From Chloroflexota bacterium (GTDB lineage: Bacteria > Chloroflexota > Dehalococcoidia > Bin125), in NCBI GenBank assembly GCA_003228175.2, contig QGNQ01000006.1:2512-66511 (forward strand): a stretch of 64,000 bases of DNA, in the 5' to 3' direction. A program made the position numbers and the translations under genes. How positions within the stretch are numbered: position 1 is the first letter of the stretch; each line of letters starts with the position of its first letter. The notes below the pieces were generated by a model. It did not search any database. It saw only the letters and a list, made by a program, of their open reading frames with translations, and was not told where the DNA came from. Positions 9,388 through 18,141 of this stretch are shown here, in pieces.

Positions 9388-9416
9388 CGGAAACCCCCTG
9401 AAGGAACCCCCGTGCG
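9346..9416. repeat. about 14-15-nt tandem repeat x5 spanning the stop codon of the thioesterase-like gene
   Basis: The core ccc(c/t)tga recurs at 9352, 9367, 9381 and 9395, with a degenerate copy cccccgtg at 9407. The TGA of the third unit (9385-9387) is the in-frame stop. Confidence 0.75.
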
Positions 9417-9467
9417 AGAGGCGTCCCGCTGAGGCCTTGGCGCACCCCAGCCGCTAGCCTGACCGCT

Positions 9468-10367
9468 ATGCAAATCCCGGTTGGTGACCGCCTGATCGAT
9501 TGCACGAATCGCACGGCGATCATGGGCATCGTCAACGTGGCGACCGACTCCCCCGTCTCCGATTCCGTCGTGCCGGCCGGCGGAGCGAACAGCGGCGACG
9601 CCGCCGCTCGCGCACTGGACCGGGCCCGGAGCCAGGTGCAGGCAGGCGCGGCCCTCGTCGACGTGGGAGCGCATTCCACGCGCAGCGGCGGGGAGTCGCC
9701 GAGCCCGCAGGAGGAGATCGACCGCCTCTGTCCGGTGGTGGAGGCGCTGGCCAACGACGGCATCCTGGTCTCGGTCGACACGTGGCGCGGGACCGTCGCG
9801 CGGGCCGTCGTCGAGGCGGGTGCGAACGTCCTCAACGACGTCTCCGCCGGCGACGACGCCGAGACCGTGGCCGTCGCGGCGGAAACCGGCGTGCCGCTGA
9901 TCGTGATGCACATGCGCGGGCGGCCCAAGCAACATCGCAACGCCAACCAGCGCTACGACGACGTGGGCCGTGAGGTGCGGGACTTCCTGCGCAGCCGTGT
10001 CGAAACGTTGTCTTCGCAAGGCGTCTCCAACGTCTGGCTGGACCCCGGCTACGAGTTCGCGAAGTCGGCCCAAGACAACGTGCGCATGCTCCTGGACACC
10101 CCGGCGCTGCTCACACTGGGGCGTCCGGTGCTCGTCTCCGCATCCCGCAAGGGCTTCTTAGCGGAGCTGCTGGGCCACCCCAAGCTGCCCTCCGCCCAGG
10201 TGCAGGCCGTGCACGGCATCGCTGAGGCGACGCTGGCCTTCAACACACTGGCGGCGCAACTGGGCGTGCACATCGTCCGGGTGCACGATGTCGCGGCAAC
10301 GGCGCACGCGCTGCGCGTGGTGGAGGCGGTGCGTCACGTTGAGGCTTCACATCGGGGAGAGCGCTAA
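9468..10367 (+). CDS. folP: dihydropteroate synthase
   Basis: 299-aa ORF. TAIMGIVNVATDSP..., DVGAHSTRSGGE, ILVSVDTWR and NDVSAG match the pterin-binding DHPS fold. Confidence 0.88.
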   Translation: MQIPVGDRLIDCTNRTAIMGIVNVATDSPVSDSVVPAGGANSGDAAARALDRARSQVQAGAALVDVGAHSTRSGGESPSPQEEIDRLCPVVEALANDGILVSVDTWRGTVARAVVEAGANVLNDVSAGDDAETVAVAAETGVPLIVMHMRGRPKQHRNANQRYDDVGREVRDFLRSRVETLSSQGVSNVWLDPGYEFAKSAQDNVRMLLDTPALLTLGRPVLVSASRKGFLAELLGHPKLPSAQVQAVHGIAEATLAFNTLAAQLGVHIVRVHDVAATAHALRVVEAVRHVEASHRGER

Positions 10368-10497
10368 CAGCACACGTCGGCCGGACCGATTAGGCCAGAC
10401 GGCCTTCGCTTCGATACAATTTCGGCCACGGCGCCGCATCGCGGTTGGCCCCATCACGCCGAATACATCGCGATACGCGCCGCGAGGAAAGAACGAC

Positions 10498-10704
10498 ATG
10501 CCGATTTACACCTATAGCTGCAAGAACGGCCACGAGTTCGATCGGATGCTGAAGTTCGCCGAGATCGACAAGCGAGTGCGCTGTCCGGAATGCAAAACCG
10601 CGGGCAAGCGCAAGCTCATCCAGGACTTCGTGGACCAGAACTCCACCAAGGATCGGTCCAACAACTCCAAGGCGCTGACCCGCAAGCGCTTCACGAACTG
10701 GTAG
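10498..10704 (+). CDS. FmdB-family zinc-ribbon protein
   Basis: Track ORF 10288..10704. ATG 10498 follows GAGGAAAG. MPIYTYSCKNGHEF...VRCPECK is the FmdB/CxxC_CxxC_SSSS signature. 68 aa. Confidence 0.7.
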   Translation: MPIYTYSCKNGHEFDRMLKFAEIDKRVRCPECKTAGKRKLIQDFVDQNSTKDRSNNSKALTRKRFTNW

Positions 10705-10711
10705 GCCCCGC

Positions 10712-11554
10712 ATGGCTGTCGAGGTCCTGGACGTTACGGACGCGAGCTTCGAGCAGGAAGTCGTGCAGGGATCGAACAAGGTCCCCGTGATCGTGGATTT
10801 CTGGGCGCCCTGGTGCGGGCCCTGTCAGACATTGGGGCCAATGCTGGAATCGCTGGCGGAGGAATTCGCCGGCAAGGTGCGGCTCGTCAAGCTCAACACC
10901 GACGAGAACCCGCAAGTCGCCCAGATGCACCAGATCGAGAGCATCCCGGCCGTCTTCGCCTACCAAGACGGCCAGCCGGTCTCGCAGTTCATTGGAGCAC
11001 TGCCGGAGCCGCAGGTGCGCGAGTTCGTCACGGGGCTGCTGCCGTCCGCAGCGGACGTCGCCACCGAAGAGGCCGAAGCGCTGCTGGCGACGGGTCAGGG
11101 CGCCGCCGCGCGCGAGCGCTTCGAGCAGATCCTGCGCGACGACCCGGGCAACGAGGGTGCGACCGCGATGCACGCGCACTTCTTGCTGCAGGCAGGCGAT
11201 GAGGACGAGGCGGCGGAGGTGGCCGCACGTGTCCCCCAGAACAAGGGCGCCCAGAAGACACTTGCCATCATCCGCCTGCGCCGGGCCGCGCGGGACCAGG
11301 ACGAGGCGGCCCTGCGGGCTCGGCTGTCCAGCGACGCCGGCGACGCCGAAGCCGAGTACCGTCTGGGCGCGCTAATGGCCGATCGTCACGAGTGGCCGGA
11401 GGCGCTGGAGCGGCTCCTCAACTCCGTGCGCATCGACAAGAAGCTCGACGACGACGCCGCACGCCTGCTGCTCCTGGACGCCTTCGTGGTCCTGGGCAAT
11501 GAGGACCCGCTGAGCCAAGACTACCGGCGTCAACTGGGCTCGGTCCTCTTCTAG
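10712..11554 (+). CDS. thioredoxin-domain protein with TPR-like C-terminal domain (YbbN/CnoX-like architecture)
   Basis: N-terminal thioredoxin fold with an intact WCGPC, then a helical-repeat C-terminal half ending ...DPLSQDYRRQLGSVLF. Lies 7 nt after the FmdB-like stop. Confidence 0.8.
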   Translation: MAVEVLDVTDASFEQEVVQGSNKVPVIVDFWAPWCGPCQTLGPMLESLAEEFAGKVRLVKLNTDENPQVAQMHQIESIPAVFAYQDGQPVSQFIGALPEPQVREFVTGLLPSAADVATEEAEALLATGQGAAARERFEQILRDDPGNEGATAMHAHFLLQAGDEDEAAEVAARVPQNKGAQKTLAIIRLRRAARDQDEAALRARLSSDAGDAEAEYRLGALMADRHEWPEALERLLNSVRIDKKLDDDAARLLLLDAFVVLGNEDPLSQDYRRQLGSVLF

Positions 11555-11563
11555 CCCCCCATC

Positions 11564-11597
11564 GGTAAACCCAGCACCGGGGTAAACCCAGCGCCGG
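11564..11597. repeat. 17-nt tandem duplication x2
   Basis: ggtaaacccagcaccgg (11564-11580) / ggtaaacccagcgccgg (11581-11597), beginning 10 nt after the thioredoxin stop. Confidence 0.85.
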
Positions 11598-11623
11598 CTT
11601 CCATCCGACTCCTTTGCAGGCAC

Positions 11624-11649
11624 AAAAACGGGGCGCCGCTGGCGCCCCG
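11624..11649 (-). terminator. intrinsic terminator of the small membrane-protein gene (possibly bidirectional)
   Basis: cggggcgcc (11629-11637) / ggcgccccg (11641-11649) form a 9-bp stem with a 3-nt loop. On the minus strand it is followed by TTTTT (aaaaa 11624-11628), 26 nt downstream of the stop at 11675. Confidence 0.6.
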
Positions 11650-11674
11650 TCGTGGTCACGCGTGCGTGCGGGAT

Positions 11675-11986
11675 CTAGGCGTCGTCGTCTTCCTCGTCGC
11701 CACGATTGCGGGCGGAGATCGCCCAGGCGACGGTGGCGCCAGTCGCGAGCAGGAAGATGCCGGGAATGAAGAATGCCACCGCGAGGCTCGCGTCGCTGAC
11801 GTGGAACGGGTCGTCGCTCTCGTCGTCAGCCCGCTCGATCACGGGGGTGTCTGACACCCCCGCGCTGGAGGCGGCGGAGGCAGAGTCCGCGCCAACACTC
11901 CAGGTGGCGAACACGAGACCCAGCATCAGCAGGCCAAGCAGAACGGCACGAACGCCGAAACGCGCTTGCAGACGGGCGATCAGCAT
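11675..11986 (-). CDS. small secreted/bitopic protein with C-terminal TM helix and acidic tail
   Basis: 103 aa. N-terminal signal-like segment (RAVLLGLLMLGLVFATWSVGADSASA), acidic middle, second hydrophobic helix (AVAFFIPGIFLLATGATVAWAI), then SARNRGDEEDDDA. No family recognised. Confidence 0.5.
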   Translation of the reverse strand: MLIARLQARFGVRAVLLGLLMLGLVFATWSVGADSASAASSAGVSDTPVIERADDESDDPFHVSDASLAVAFFIPGIFLLATGATVAWAISARNRGDEEDDDA

Positions 11987-12200
11987 GCGGGAAACTCCTG
12001 TCGAACTGCGCCGCTAGTGTCGCGCGACGCCACCACCCGGTCAACCAACGCGGACCCCTGAAGGCCCACGTTTCCCCGTATGCCGATGCCCCCCGCGCCG
12101 ACGATGATCGTGTGCAGGGTTGCGCCCAGGCGGCGCGGATCGGTCCCTGCCCGCGGAGGATCGCGTGCAACACCCGCTTCTGCTTCGGATCACGCGCATC

Positions 12201-14501
12201 ATGGCGTCGCTGCTTGTCGTCCTGGGACTCGGCGCGCTGGAAGGCGCGCCACGGGCCGGCGGGCAAGCGGTGCAGCAACTCAGCCTCACGGCGACGCAGC
12301 CGGCAACGCTGGTGCTGGCGCCGGGGAGCACGAACGCCCCGCTACTGGGTCTGCGCGTGGCCGTCTCAAGCGGAAGCGTGCGGCTCGAATCGTTCATCGT
12401 GCGGCAGCGCGGCAGCGCCACCGACGCCGACGTGGAGGGCACGGGACTCCGCATCTGGCTCGACGCGAATGCCAACCATGCCGTCGACACGGGCGACACG
12501 ATGCTGGACGCGAAGACGCTGCTGGGCGGCGCCGCGCGGCTGGCGCCAGCGCGATCGATCAGTTGGACCCAGGCGCTGCAACTGCTGATCACGATCGACA
12601 CCGCATCGACAGCCACGCTCGACGCGACGTACGAGATCGCGATCGACGACCGCACGGAAGTCGTGACGGACGCTGCGCCGATCGTCGTAGGGCTCCCGAT
12701 CGTCTCCAGCGTGACGACGATCGCCACTCCCGTCGCGCCCCTCGCACCAACGAGCGCCGAGGCGACCGGCGCGGGACTGACGCTGAACGCACTGGATGCC
12801 ATGGTCAGTGCGGTCATCCCCGCAGGCGCGGGGACGACCAGCAGCGTCTTCCGTCTCGAAGCGCTGGCGGGCGCAGCGACGCCCCCACTCCCGGGCACGG
12901 CCGTCTCCAGCGCCTATCGATTCTCCATCGTGCAGGGGGCCGAGCCGCTCGAGGCGTCGGTCGACCTGCAGTTCGACCTGGCCGCGCTGCTCGGCGCTGA
13001 CAGCACGACCCCGCTGGCCGGGCTTCGCATCGTGACACTTGGTGTGGACGCTCGCTGGCGAGTGGCGCCGGCGACGCTCTCGGGTCAGATCCTGTTGAGT
13101 GCGCTCGTGTGGCGCAGCACGACGCTGGCTGTGGTCAGCCTGCCCGCTGGCGCAGCCGCCGTGATCCCGAAGGCTGGCGGCGATCTGACAACGAGCGACG
13201 GATCGGCCGTCGTCTCGATGGCGGCCGGCGCCAGCGCGAGGGACGTGCTGGTCTCCGTCACGCCGGGCAACATCGCGCCGCTGCTGCCCACGGGCGCCGT
13301 CCTGCTGGGGGCGCCGCTCTTCCTCCACTACGAGGAAGCATCAACCGGCGCGATGGCCAGCCTGACCGCGCCGCTGGTGCTCTCCATCCCTTCCCCAGTC
13401 TCCACGGGCGCGATCGTGGCCTACGGCCTGCCCGCCAATGGGGGCCCCAGAAACCTCCTGCCCACGCGCATCGACGCGGACGGCTCGCGGCTCTTGATCG
13501 ACATCGCGAGCGCCCTGGGACCGGGACTGACCGTCGCGCTGGCGACAGGGGGTGCGGTGGGGGCAGGCGCGATCGATCCCGCAGCGCCCGGTGCGATCGC
13601 CAGCGGCGACGGATCGGTTGCGCTGCTGGCAGGGGCAGGCGCCGGGCGTCTCAGCGTGGCGCTGGGACCAACCGACATCGATCCGGCGGTCAGCGCGCAA
13701 CTCCCGGGCACGATTGTGGGAACGCCCACCACGCTGCTTGTGCAGAACACCAACGACCGCGCACTCGTGCTTGAGGTCGATCTGGAAACGCTGCCGGTGG
13801 GCGTCGACTCCGAAGCGCTGGTGGCGTTTTCGGTGTCCGCGAACGGGGCCACACCGCTGCGCTTGCCGATCATGCTGCAGCATCGGCCCATCGACCCGAC
13901 GGATGACACCGCCGGGACCGCATCGCTCGTCCGCGTCGCGATCCGTGGCGGCACGACCGTCTACCTCGTCAGCGCCGCCACCCAAACACAGCTGCTGGAG
14001 CCCGGCTGGAATCTGCTCACGGCCCGGCTCGCGAACAACACCCCCAGCGCCTTTCTGTCCGCGGCGATCGGCGATCGGCTCATCGCACTGAGTCACTGGG
14101 ACGCGGCGCGCGGCGCATACCTGCGCTTCGACGCGTCCGCTCCGGAGCGGGCCACGCTGCCAAAGATCAATGACGGCGACGCTCTCTGGGCCTACGTCTC
14201 GCCGGGAGAGGCCGTCGCCTGGCCACGACCGTCGCTGCCGGCGGCCGCACGGTCGGTGGCGCTGCACCCGGGCTGGAATCTGGTGACGTGGTCCGGCACG
14301 GTCGCGGACGCGGCGACCCAACTGCGACCGTTCTGGAACACAGTACGCGCGGCCTTCCAGTGGGATCCGATCGCAGGAAGCTGGGCGGAGTTCATCGTCG
14401 CGGGAGAGACCGTCGCGACGCCGCTGCTGCTGCCTAACGACCGCCTTTGGCTCTTCATCAGCGGCAACGCGACGCTTCTCTGGCCTCAGCCAGGCGAGTG
14501 A
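12201..14501 (+). CDS. large secreted Ala/Gly/Thr/Leu-rich protein of unknown function with duplicated C-terminal PGWNL modules
   Basis: Track ORF 12120..14501. ATG 12201 gives a signal-like MASLLVVLGLGALEGAPRAGG. Two about 85-aa C-terminal modules (about 13990-14255 and 14255-14498) share PGWNL[LV]T...W(D)...G.[YW]..F...ND...LW.[YF][IV]S.G....WP. Confidence 0.6.
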   Translation: MASLLVVLGLGALEGAPRAGGQAVQQLSLTATQPATLVLAPGSTNAPLLGLRVAVSSGSVRLESFIVRQRGSATDADVEGTGLRIWLDANANHAVDTGDTMLDAKTLLGGAARLAPARSISWTQALQLLITIDTASTATLDATYEIAIDDRTEVVTDAAPIVVGLPIVSSVTTIATPVAPLAPTSAEATGAGLTLNALDAMVSAVIPAGAGTTSSVFRLEALAGAATPPLPGTAVSSAYRFSIVQGAEPLEASVDLQFDLAALLGADSTTPLAGLRIVTLGVDARWRVAPATLSGQILLSALVWRSTTLAVVSLPAGAAAVIPKAGGDLTTSDGSAVVSMAAGASARDVLVSVTPGNIAPLLPTGAVLLGAPLFLHYEEASTGAMASLTAPLVLSIPSPVSTGAIVAYGLPANGGPRNLLPTRIDADGSRLLIDIASALGPGLTVALATGGAVGAGAIDPAAPGAIASGDGSVALLAGAGAGRLSVALGPTDIDPAVSAQLPGTIVGTPTTLLVQNTNDRALVLEVDLETLPVGVDSEALVAFSVSANGATPLRLPIMLQHRPIDPTDDTAGTASLVRVAIRGGTTVYLVSAATQTQLLEPGWNLLTARLANNTPSAFLSAAIGDRLIALSHWDAARGAYLRFDASAPERATLPKINDGDALWAYVSPGEAVAWPRPSLPAAARSVALHPGWNLVTWSGTVADAATQLRPFWNTVRAAFQWDPIAGSWAEFIVAGETVATPLLLPNDRLWLFISGNATLLWPQPGE

Positions 14502-14538
14502 AATCGGCGCGCAAGCGATCAGGCGGTAGGCTCGCGCA

Positions 14539-15186
14539 ATGCAGCCCGACCCAGCCTCCGACGCGCCGCCCTTGGAGCCTCAGACAGAAGCGCCCTCGGA
14601 GCACCAAGCAATCCGATCCCGTCTCGCGAGCCCGCCCATCATCGAGATGGACCTGCCGACGCGAGATCTACGCCTGACGAGCGCCTGGGGCCTGTTCTCG
14701 GCCAAGGGGGTCGATGAGGGCACGGCCCTGCTGCTCAACGAGCTGGCGCTGCTGCCCCCTGCCTCGCGCGTGCTGGACTTCGGCTGCGGCTACGGGGCAC
14801 TGGGCCTCGCCCTGGCCGCACTCTGGCCCGAGGCAGAGGTCGTCCTGATCGACAAGGACCTGCTCGCCGTGGAGGCCTGCGCGAGCAACATCGACGACAA
14901 CGGCCTCAGCAACGCCCGGGCCGTCCTCAGTCCGGGGTTCCGCGACGCGCCCGACGGCCCCTACGACCTGATCGTCGCCAACTTGCCCGCGCAGGCCGGC
15001 AACGAAGCGCTCGACGAGATCCTGCTCGATTCGTGGCAGCGGCTAACGCCCGGCGGATCGCTGGTCGTCGTCACCGTCAAGGGGCTGCGTCGCTACATAC
15101 GGCGGCGGCTGGAGGCGGTCTTCGGCAACGCGCACAAGGCCCGACAGGGCCCCCGGCACACCGTCTCGCAAGGCCTGCGCGACTAA
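14539..15186 (+). CDS. class I SAM-dependent methyltransferase (RsmC/RlmG-like small MTase domain)
   Basis: LTSAWGLFSAKGVDEGTALLL (MTS-domain start) and motif I VLDFGCGYGALGLALA. The usual NPPFH is replaced by ANLPAQ. Confidence 0.7.
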   Translation: MQPDPASDAPPLEPQTEAPSEHQAIRSRLASPPIIEMDLPTRDLRLTSAWGLFSAKGVDEGTALLLNELALLPPASRVLDFGCGYGALGLALAALWPEAEVVLIDKDLLAVEACASNIDDNGLSNARAVLSPGFRDAPDGPYDLIVANLPAQAGNEALDEILLDSWQRLTPGGSLVVVTVKGLRRYIRRRLEAVFGNAHKARQGPRHTVSQGLRD

Positions 15187-15899
15187 CCCGGACTGCTGCC
15201 CCAGGACGGGAATCCCGGCGCGTGCAGACAGCGCATGGTCTCCAACTCCGCCCCCCCGGCCAGCGCCAGCAGGCGCGCGAGATCCTCCGGCCAGTCGATG
15301 TCCAGGGCCCAGCGCTCCGAGCGCAGCGTCGTGAAGCCTGCGCCGGCAGCCTCCGCCGCACGCGCGTGTCGAGCGGCGGAGTCCGGCCCGAAGGATGGCG
15401 CGATGACCGACGCGGGCCGCAAGCAGAGCCCATTCGTGCCGCCGTCCTCCGCCGCCGCGAGTGCCACCGCCGGCGCGCTCGCAGCGGCATCGATCAGCGC
15501 GTCGAAGTCAGCGGGGCGCACCAGCGGCAGATCGGCGGGCACGATGAGCAGCGCGTCCGCCCTCGCGAAGTGCCGCTGCGCCTCTCGCAGTGCCTCGTTC
15601 AGGCCCGTGCGCTGGGGCGGCTGATGCAGGAATGCGACCCCAAGTTGGTCCGCGATGCGGCGCGCCGCCGCGTCGCGACTGATAATCGTGACGTCGTCGA
15701 CCCGGCGGGCGCCCTGCAACGCCCGCACCACGTCGGACAGCATGGCGCGCACCAGACGGTTGCGCTGGTCAACGGTCAGTAGCCGCGCCAGGCGGGCCTT
15801 GCCCGCGGGCAATCCGCGTACCGGCACGACGGCCTGCACGCCGCCCCGGCCCCCATCAGGCTGACGCCCGTCCGGCTCCGGAACGCCGACCTCACCCAT
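15183..15899 (-). CDS. cofC: 2-phospho-L-lactate guanylyltransferase (F420 biosynthesis)
   Basis: Track ORF 15183..15962. ATG 15899 overlaps the cofD stop by 8 nt. AVVPVRGLPAGKARL..., LIVPADLPL, GGTNGL and WALDIDWPEDL match the CofC family. Confidence 0.8.
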   Translation of the reverse strand: MGEVGVPEPDGRQPDGGRGGVQAVVPVRGLPAGKARLARLLTVDQRNRLVRAMLSDVVRALQGARRVDDVTIISRDAAARRIADQLGVAFLHQPPQRTGLNEALREAQRHFARADALLIVPADLPLVRPADFDALIDAAASAPAVALAAAEDGGTNGLCLRPASVIAPSFGPDSAARHARAAEAAGAGFTTLRSERWALDIDWPEDLARLLALAGGAELETMRCLHAPGFPSWGSSPG

Positions 15900-16872
15900 C
15901 CCGATTCTCCCCCGCCGTCCTCGCCGCTTGCACCGTCTGCAGCGCCAGCGCGCGTTTTTCATCGAGACCGTGCATCAGCGTCTGCGTCGCCAGGCAGCCG
16001 ACACCGGTGTCCCGCTCGATCGCGCCCGCCAGGGCGGCGTCTTGCTGATCGATCACGAAGACATCGATCAGGTCGGCGTAGAGCCGGGCCACACCCAGCG
16101 CCGAAACGTCGTGACCCAGGCTCCGCATGATTCCCGCGGCGGGCCCCTTCACCGCCGCTCCGGCGATGATCGGGCTCACCGCCACGACGGGCGCCTGCGT
16201 GGTCAGGAGGCAGTCGCGCAGGCCGGGCACCGCCAGCACCGGGCCAATCGAGAGAAACGGATTGCTGGGCGCGATCACGACGGCCCGGGCCTGCGTGATC
16301 GCCTCGTGCACGCCCGGCGCGGGCTCCACCGACTCCGCCCCATCGAAGCGCAGCCCCCGCACGGTGTCGGTCTGCCGCCGTCGCACGAAGTACTCCTGAA
16401 ACGGCAGCTCCCCGTCGTCGGTCTGGACGATCGTACGTAAGCGGCCGTCGCTGACCGGAAGGATCGTGCAGCCGATGCCGGAGGCGGCGGCGATCTCCCC
16501 CGTGACGACGCTGAGCGGCGCGCCGGCGGCCAGCCGCTCCGTCCGATAGAGGTGAGTGCCCAGGTCCGTGTCGCCCAGCGTGAACCAGTCGCTGCCGCCC
16601 AGCGCGCGCAGCCGCTCCAACGCCGCGAAGCTGTCGTCGCGGACGCCCCAGCCGGTCTCCGGGTTGACCTGCTCGGCCAAGGTGTAGGTGACGGTGTCCA
16701 GATCGGGACTGATATGCAGCCCCGCCAGCTCCAGATCATCGCCGACGTTCACGATCGCCACAATGCCGGCCGGCGAGAAGGCCGCCACGGCGCCCTCCAA
16801 GAAGCGCGCCGCCCCAACGCCGCCCGCGATCACGACGATCGGACCTTGGGGATTCCCGGCACTCGCCGCCAT
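15892..16872 (-). CDS. cofD: LPPG:FO 2-phospho-L-lactate transferase (F420 biosynthesis)
   Basis: 326 aa. IVVIAGGVGAARFLEG..., NVGDD, PSNPFLSIGPVLAVPG are CofD/FbiA family hallmarks. Confidence 0.9.
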   Translation of the reverse strand: MAASAGNPQGPIVVIAGGVGAARFLEGAVAAFSPAGIVAIVNVGDDLELAGLHISPDLDTVTYTLAEQVNPETGWGVRDDSFAALERLRALGGSDWFTLGDTDLGTHLYRTERLAAGAPLSVVTGEIAAASGIGCTILPVSDGRLRTIVQTDDGELPFQEYFVRRRQTDTVRGLRFDGAESVEPAPGVHEAITQARAVVIAPSNPFLSIGPVLAVPGLRDCLLTTQAPVVAVSPIIAGAAVKGPAAGIMRSLGHDVSALGVARLYADLIDVFVIDQQDAALAGAIERDTGVGCLATQTLMHGLDEKRALALQTVQAARTAGENRDG

Positions 16873-16889
16873 CCGCGCCTCCTGCCTGT

Positions 16890-17237
16890 CTAGACCGCGT
16901 CCGGCTCGAGCGTCGCCGCGAAGCCCGCCCCGTCGTCGAACTCCTGCAGGTCGAGCCGGAGGTGGAAGCCGGCGTCCTCGAATGTCGCCCGCAACCGCAG
17001 GGGCCCTTCGCCGCTAATCTGCTCCACCACGTCGAGCCCGCCGGACCAGGGGCCGTCGGGCGACTCCAGCTCCAACTCCGCCTCGCGCAGGCCGCCCTCC
17101 CTGTCGAGAATGCTATGCAGCGAGACGTACCAGCTTCCGAAGGAGTCGACAAGGTCCACCGTCAGGTGGCGCGAGCCGTCCAGCTGGCGCTCGTCCCGGA
17201 CCGCTTCGCCCTGAAAGGGCGGAATGGTCGATTGCAT
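16890..17237 (-). CDS. hypothetical acidic protein heading the cofD-cofC operon
   Basis: Track ORF 16890..17333, with an in-frame ATG at 17237 (MQSTIPPFQGE...). 115 aa, same strand, ends 17 nt before the cofD start. No family recognised. Confidence 0.45.
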   Translation of the reverse strand: MQSTIPPFQGEAVRDERQLDGSRHLTVDLVDSFGSWYVSLHSILDREGGLREAELELESPDGPWSGGLDVVEQISGEGPLRLRATFEDAGFHLRLDLQEFDDGAGFAATLEPDAV

Positions 17238-17368
17238 ACCGTGCTCTCCCTCACGGAGATCGTATGCTCCTTCCAGTCCGCGCACTACCGATGCTCCCGC
17301 GCGACCGACCAGGCACGAAAGCGCAGAGCGCACCCGCGGTCGCAGCGCCGGAGGGATGAATCGCGACA

Positions 17369-18079
17369 GTGACTCTCAGTCCCACCGATCCAGTTTGCGA
17401 ACATTGCGGCCTGCGCCGTGGCGCGGAGGTAGCCTGCCGCTCGTGCAGCGCGCTGACCCTGTTCGATGGCCAGGGCGTGCGGCTGGCCTCGCGCTGGCGG
17501 CGCTTGGGCGGCTCGTTCCTGGAGAGCCTGCTGTTCCTACTGACCTTGGGAGTTGGCTGGCTGATCTGGTTCCACTTCACGGCCAAGACGGCGCAAACAC
17601 CTTCCAAACGATTGCTGGCGATGTACATCATCTCGCAGAAGCAAGCCGCCCCGTCGACACACGGGCGCGTCTGGCTGCGCGAGCTGGGCATTGAGTGGCT
17701 GCTCTTCGGCGTCGTCCTGTCCTGGATGTCCGGCGGGATCGTGCCGCTGGCCGACGCGCTCTGGATCCTCTTCGACCGCCAGAAGCAAACCCTGCACGAC
17801 AAGATCGCGGGCACGCTGGTCGTGCATGCGCCGGCCGGGCTGCGCAGCGTGGAGGCGCAAACGTCCGCGATCGACTCGCGACCAATGCCCTCCGCCGGGG
17901 GCGCCCCCTCTGGATCGTCCGCAGGCAGCGGCCCCGGCCCGGCCCCAGGGGGACCGGAGTCCTACGGCTCATCGGGCGTGCGGGGACGATTACAGGAGCT
18001 GCGACGGCTGTGGGAGTCGGGCGAGATCAGCGCGGATGAGTACGAGGAGCGCCGTCGCCGCATCCTGGACGAACTCTAG
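17369..18079 (+). CDS. zinc-ribbon / RDD-family membrane / SHOCT-domain protein
   Basis: N-terminal CEHC...CRSC ribbon. RDD-type core (RWRRLGGSFLESLLF...LFDRQKQTLHDKIAGTLVV). Gly/Ser/Pro linker. C-terminal LRRLWESGEISADEYEERRRRILDEL (SHOCT-like). Confidence 0.7.
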   Translation: MTLSPTDPVCEHCGLRRGAEVACRSCSALTLFDGQGVRLASRWRRLGGSFLESLLFLLTLGVGWLIWFHFTAKTAQTPSKRLLAMYIISQKQAAPSTHGRVWLRELGIEWLLFGVVLSWMSGGIVPLADALWILFDRQKQTLHDKIAGTLVVHAPAGLRSVEAQTSAIDSRPMPSAGGAPSGSSAGSGPGPAPGGPESYGSSGVRGRLQELRRLWESGEISADEYEERRRRILDEL

Positions 18080-18141
18080 GGGGCCAGCGCCCGCGCCGAC
18101 CGTGCCCGTATCCTTGACGAGAACCGTCAGGAGCGCGATCG

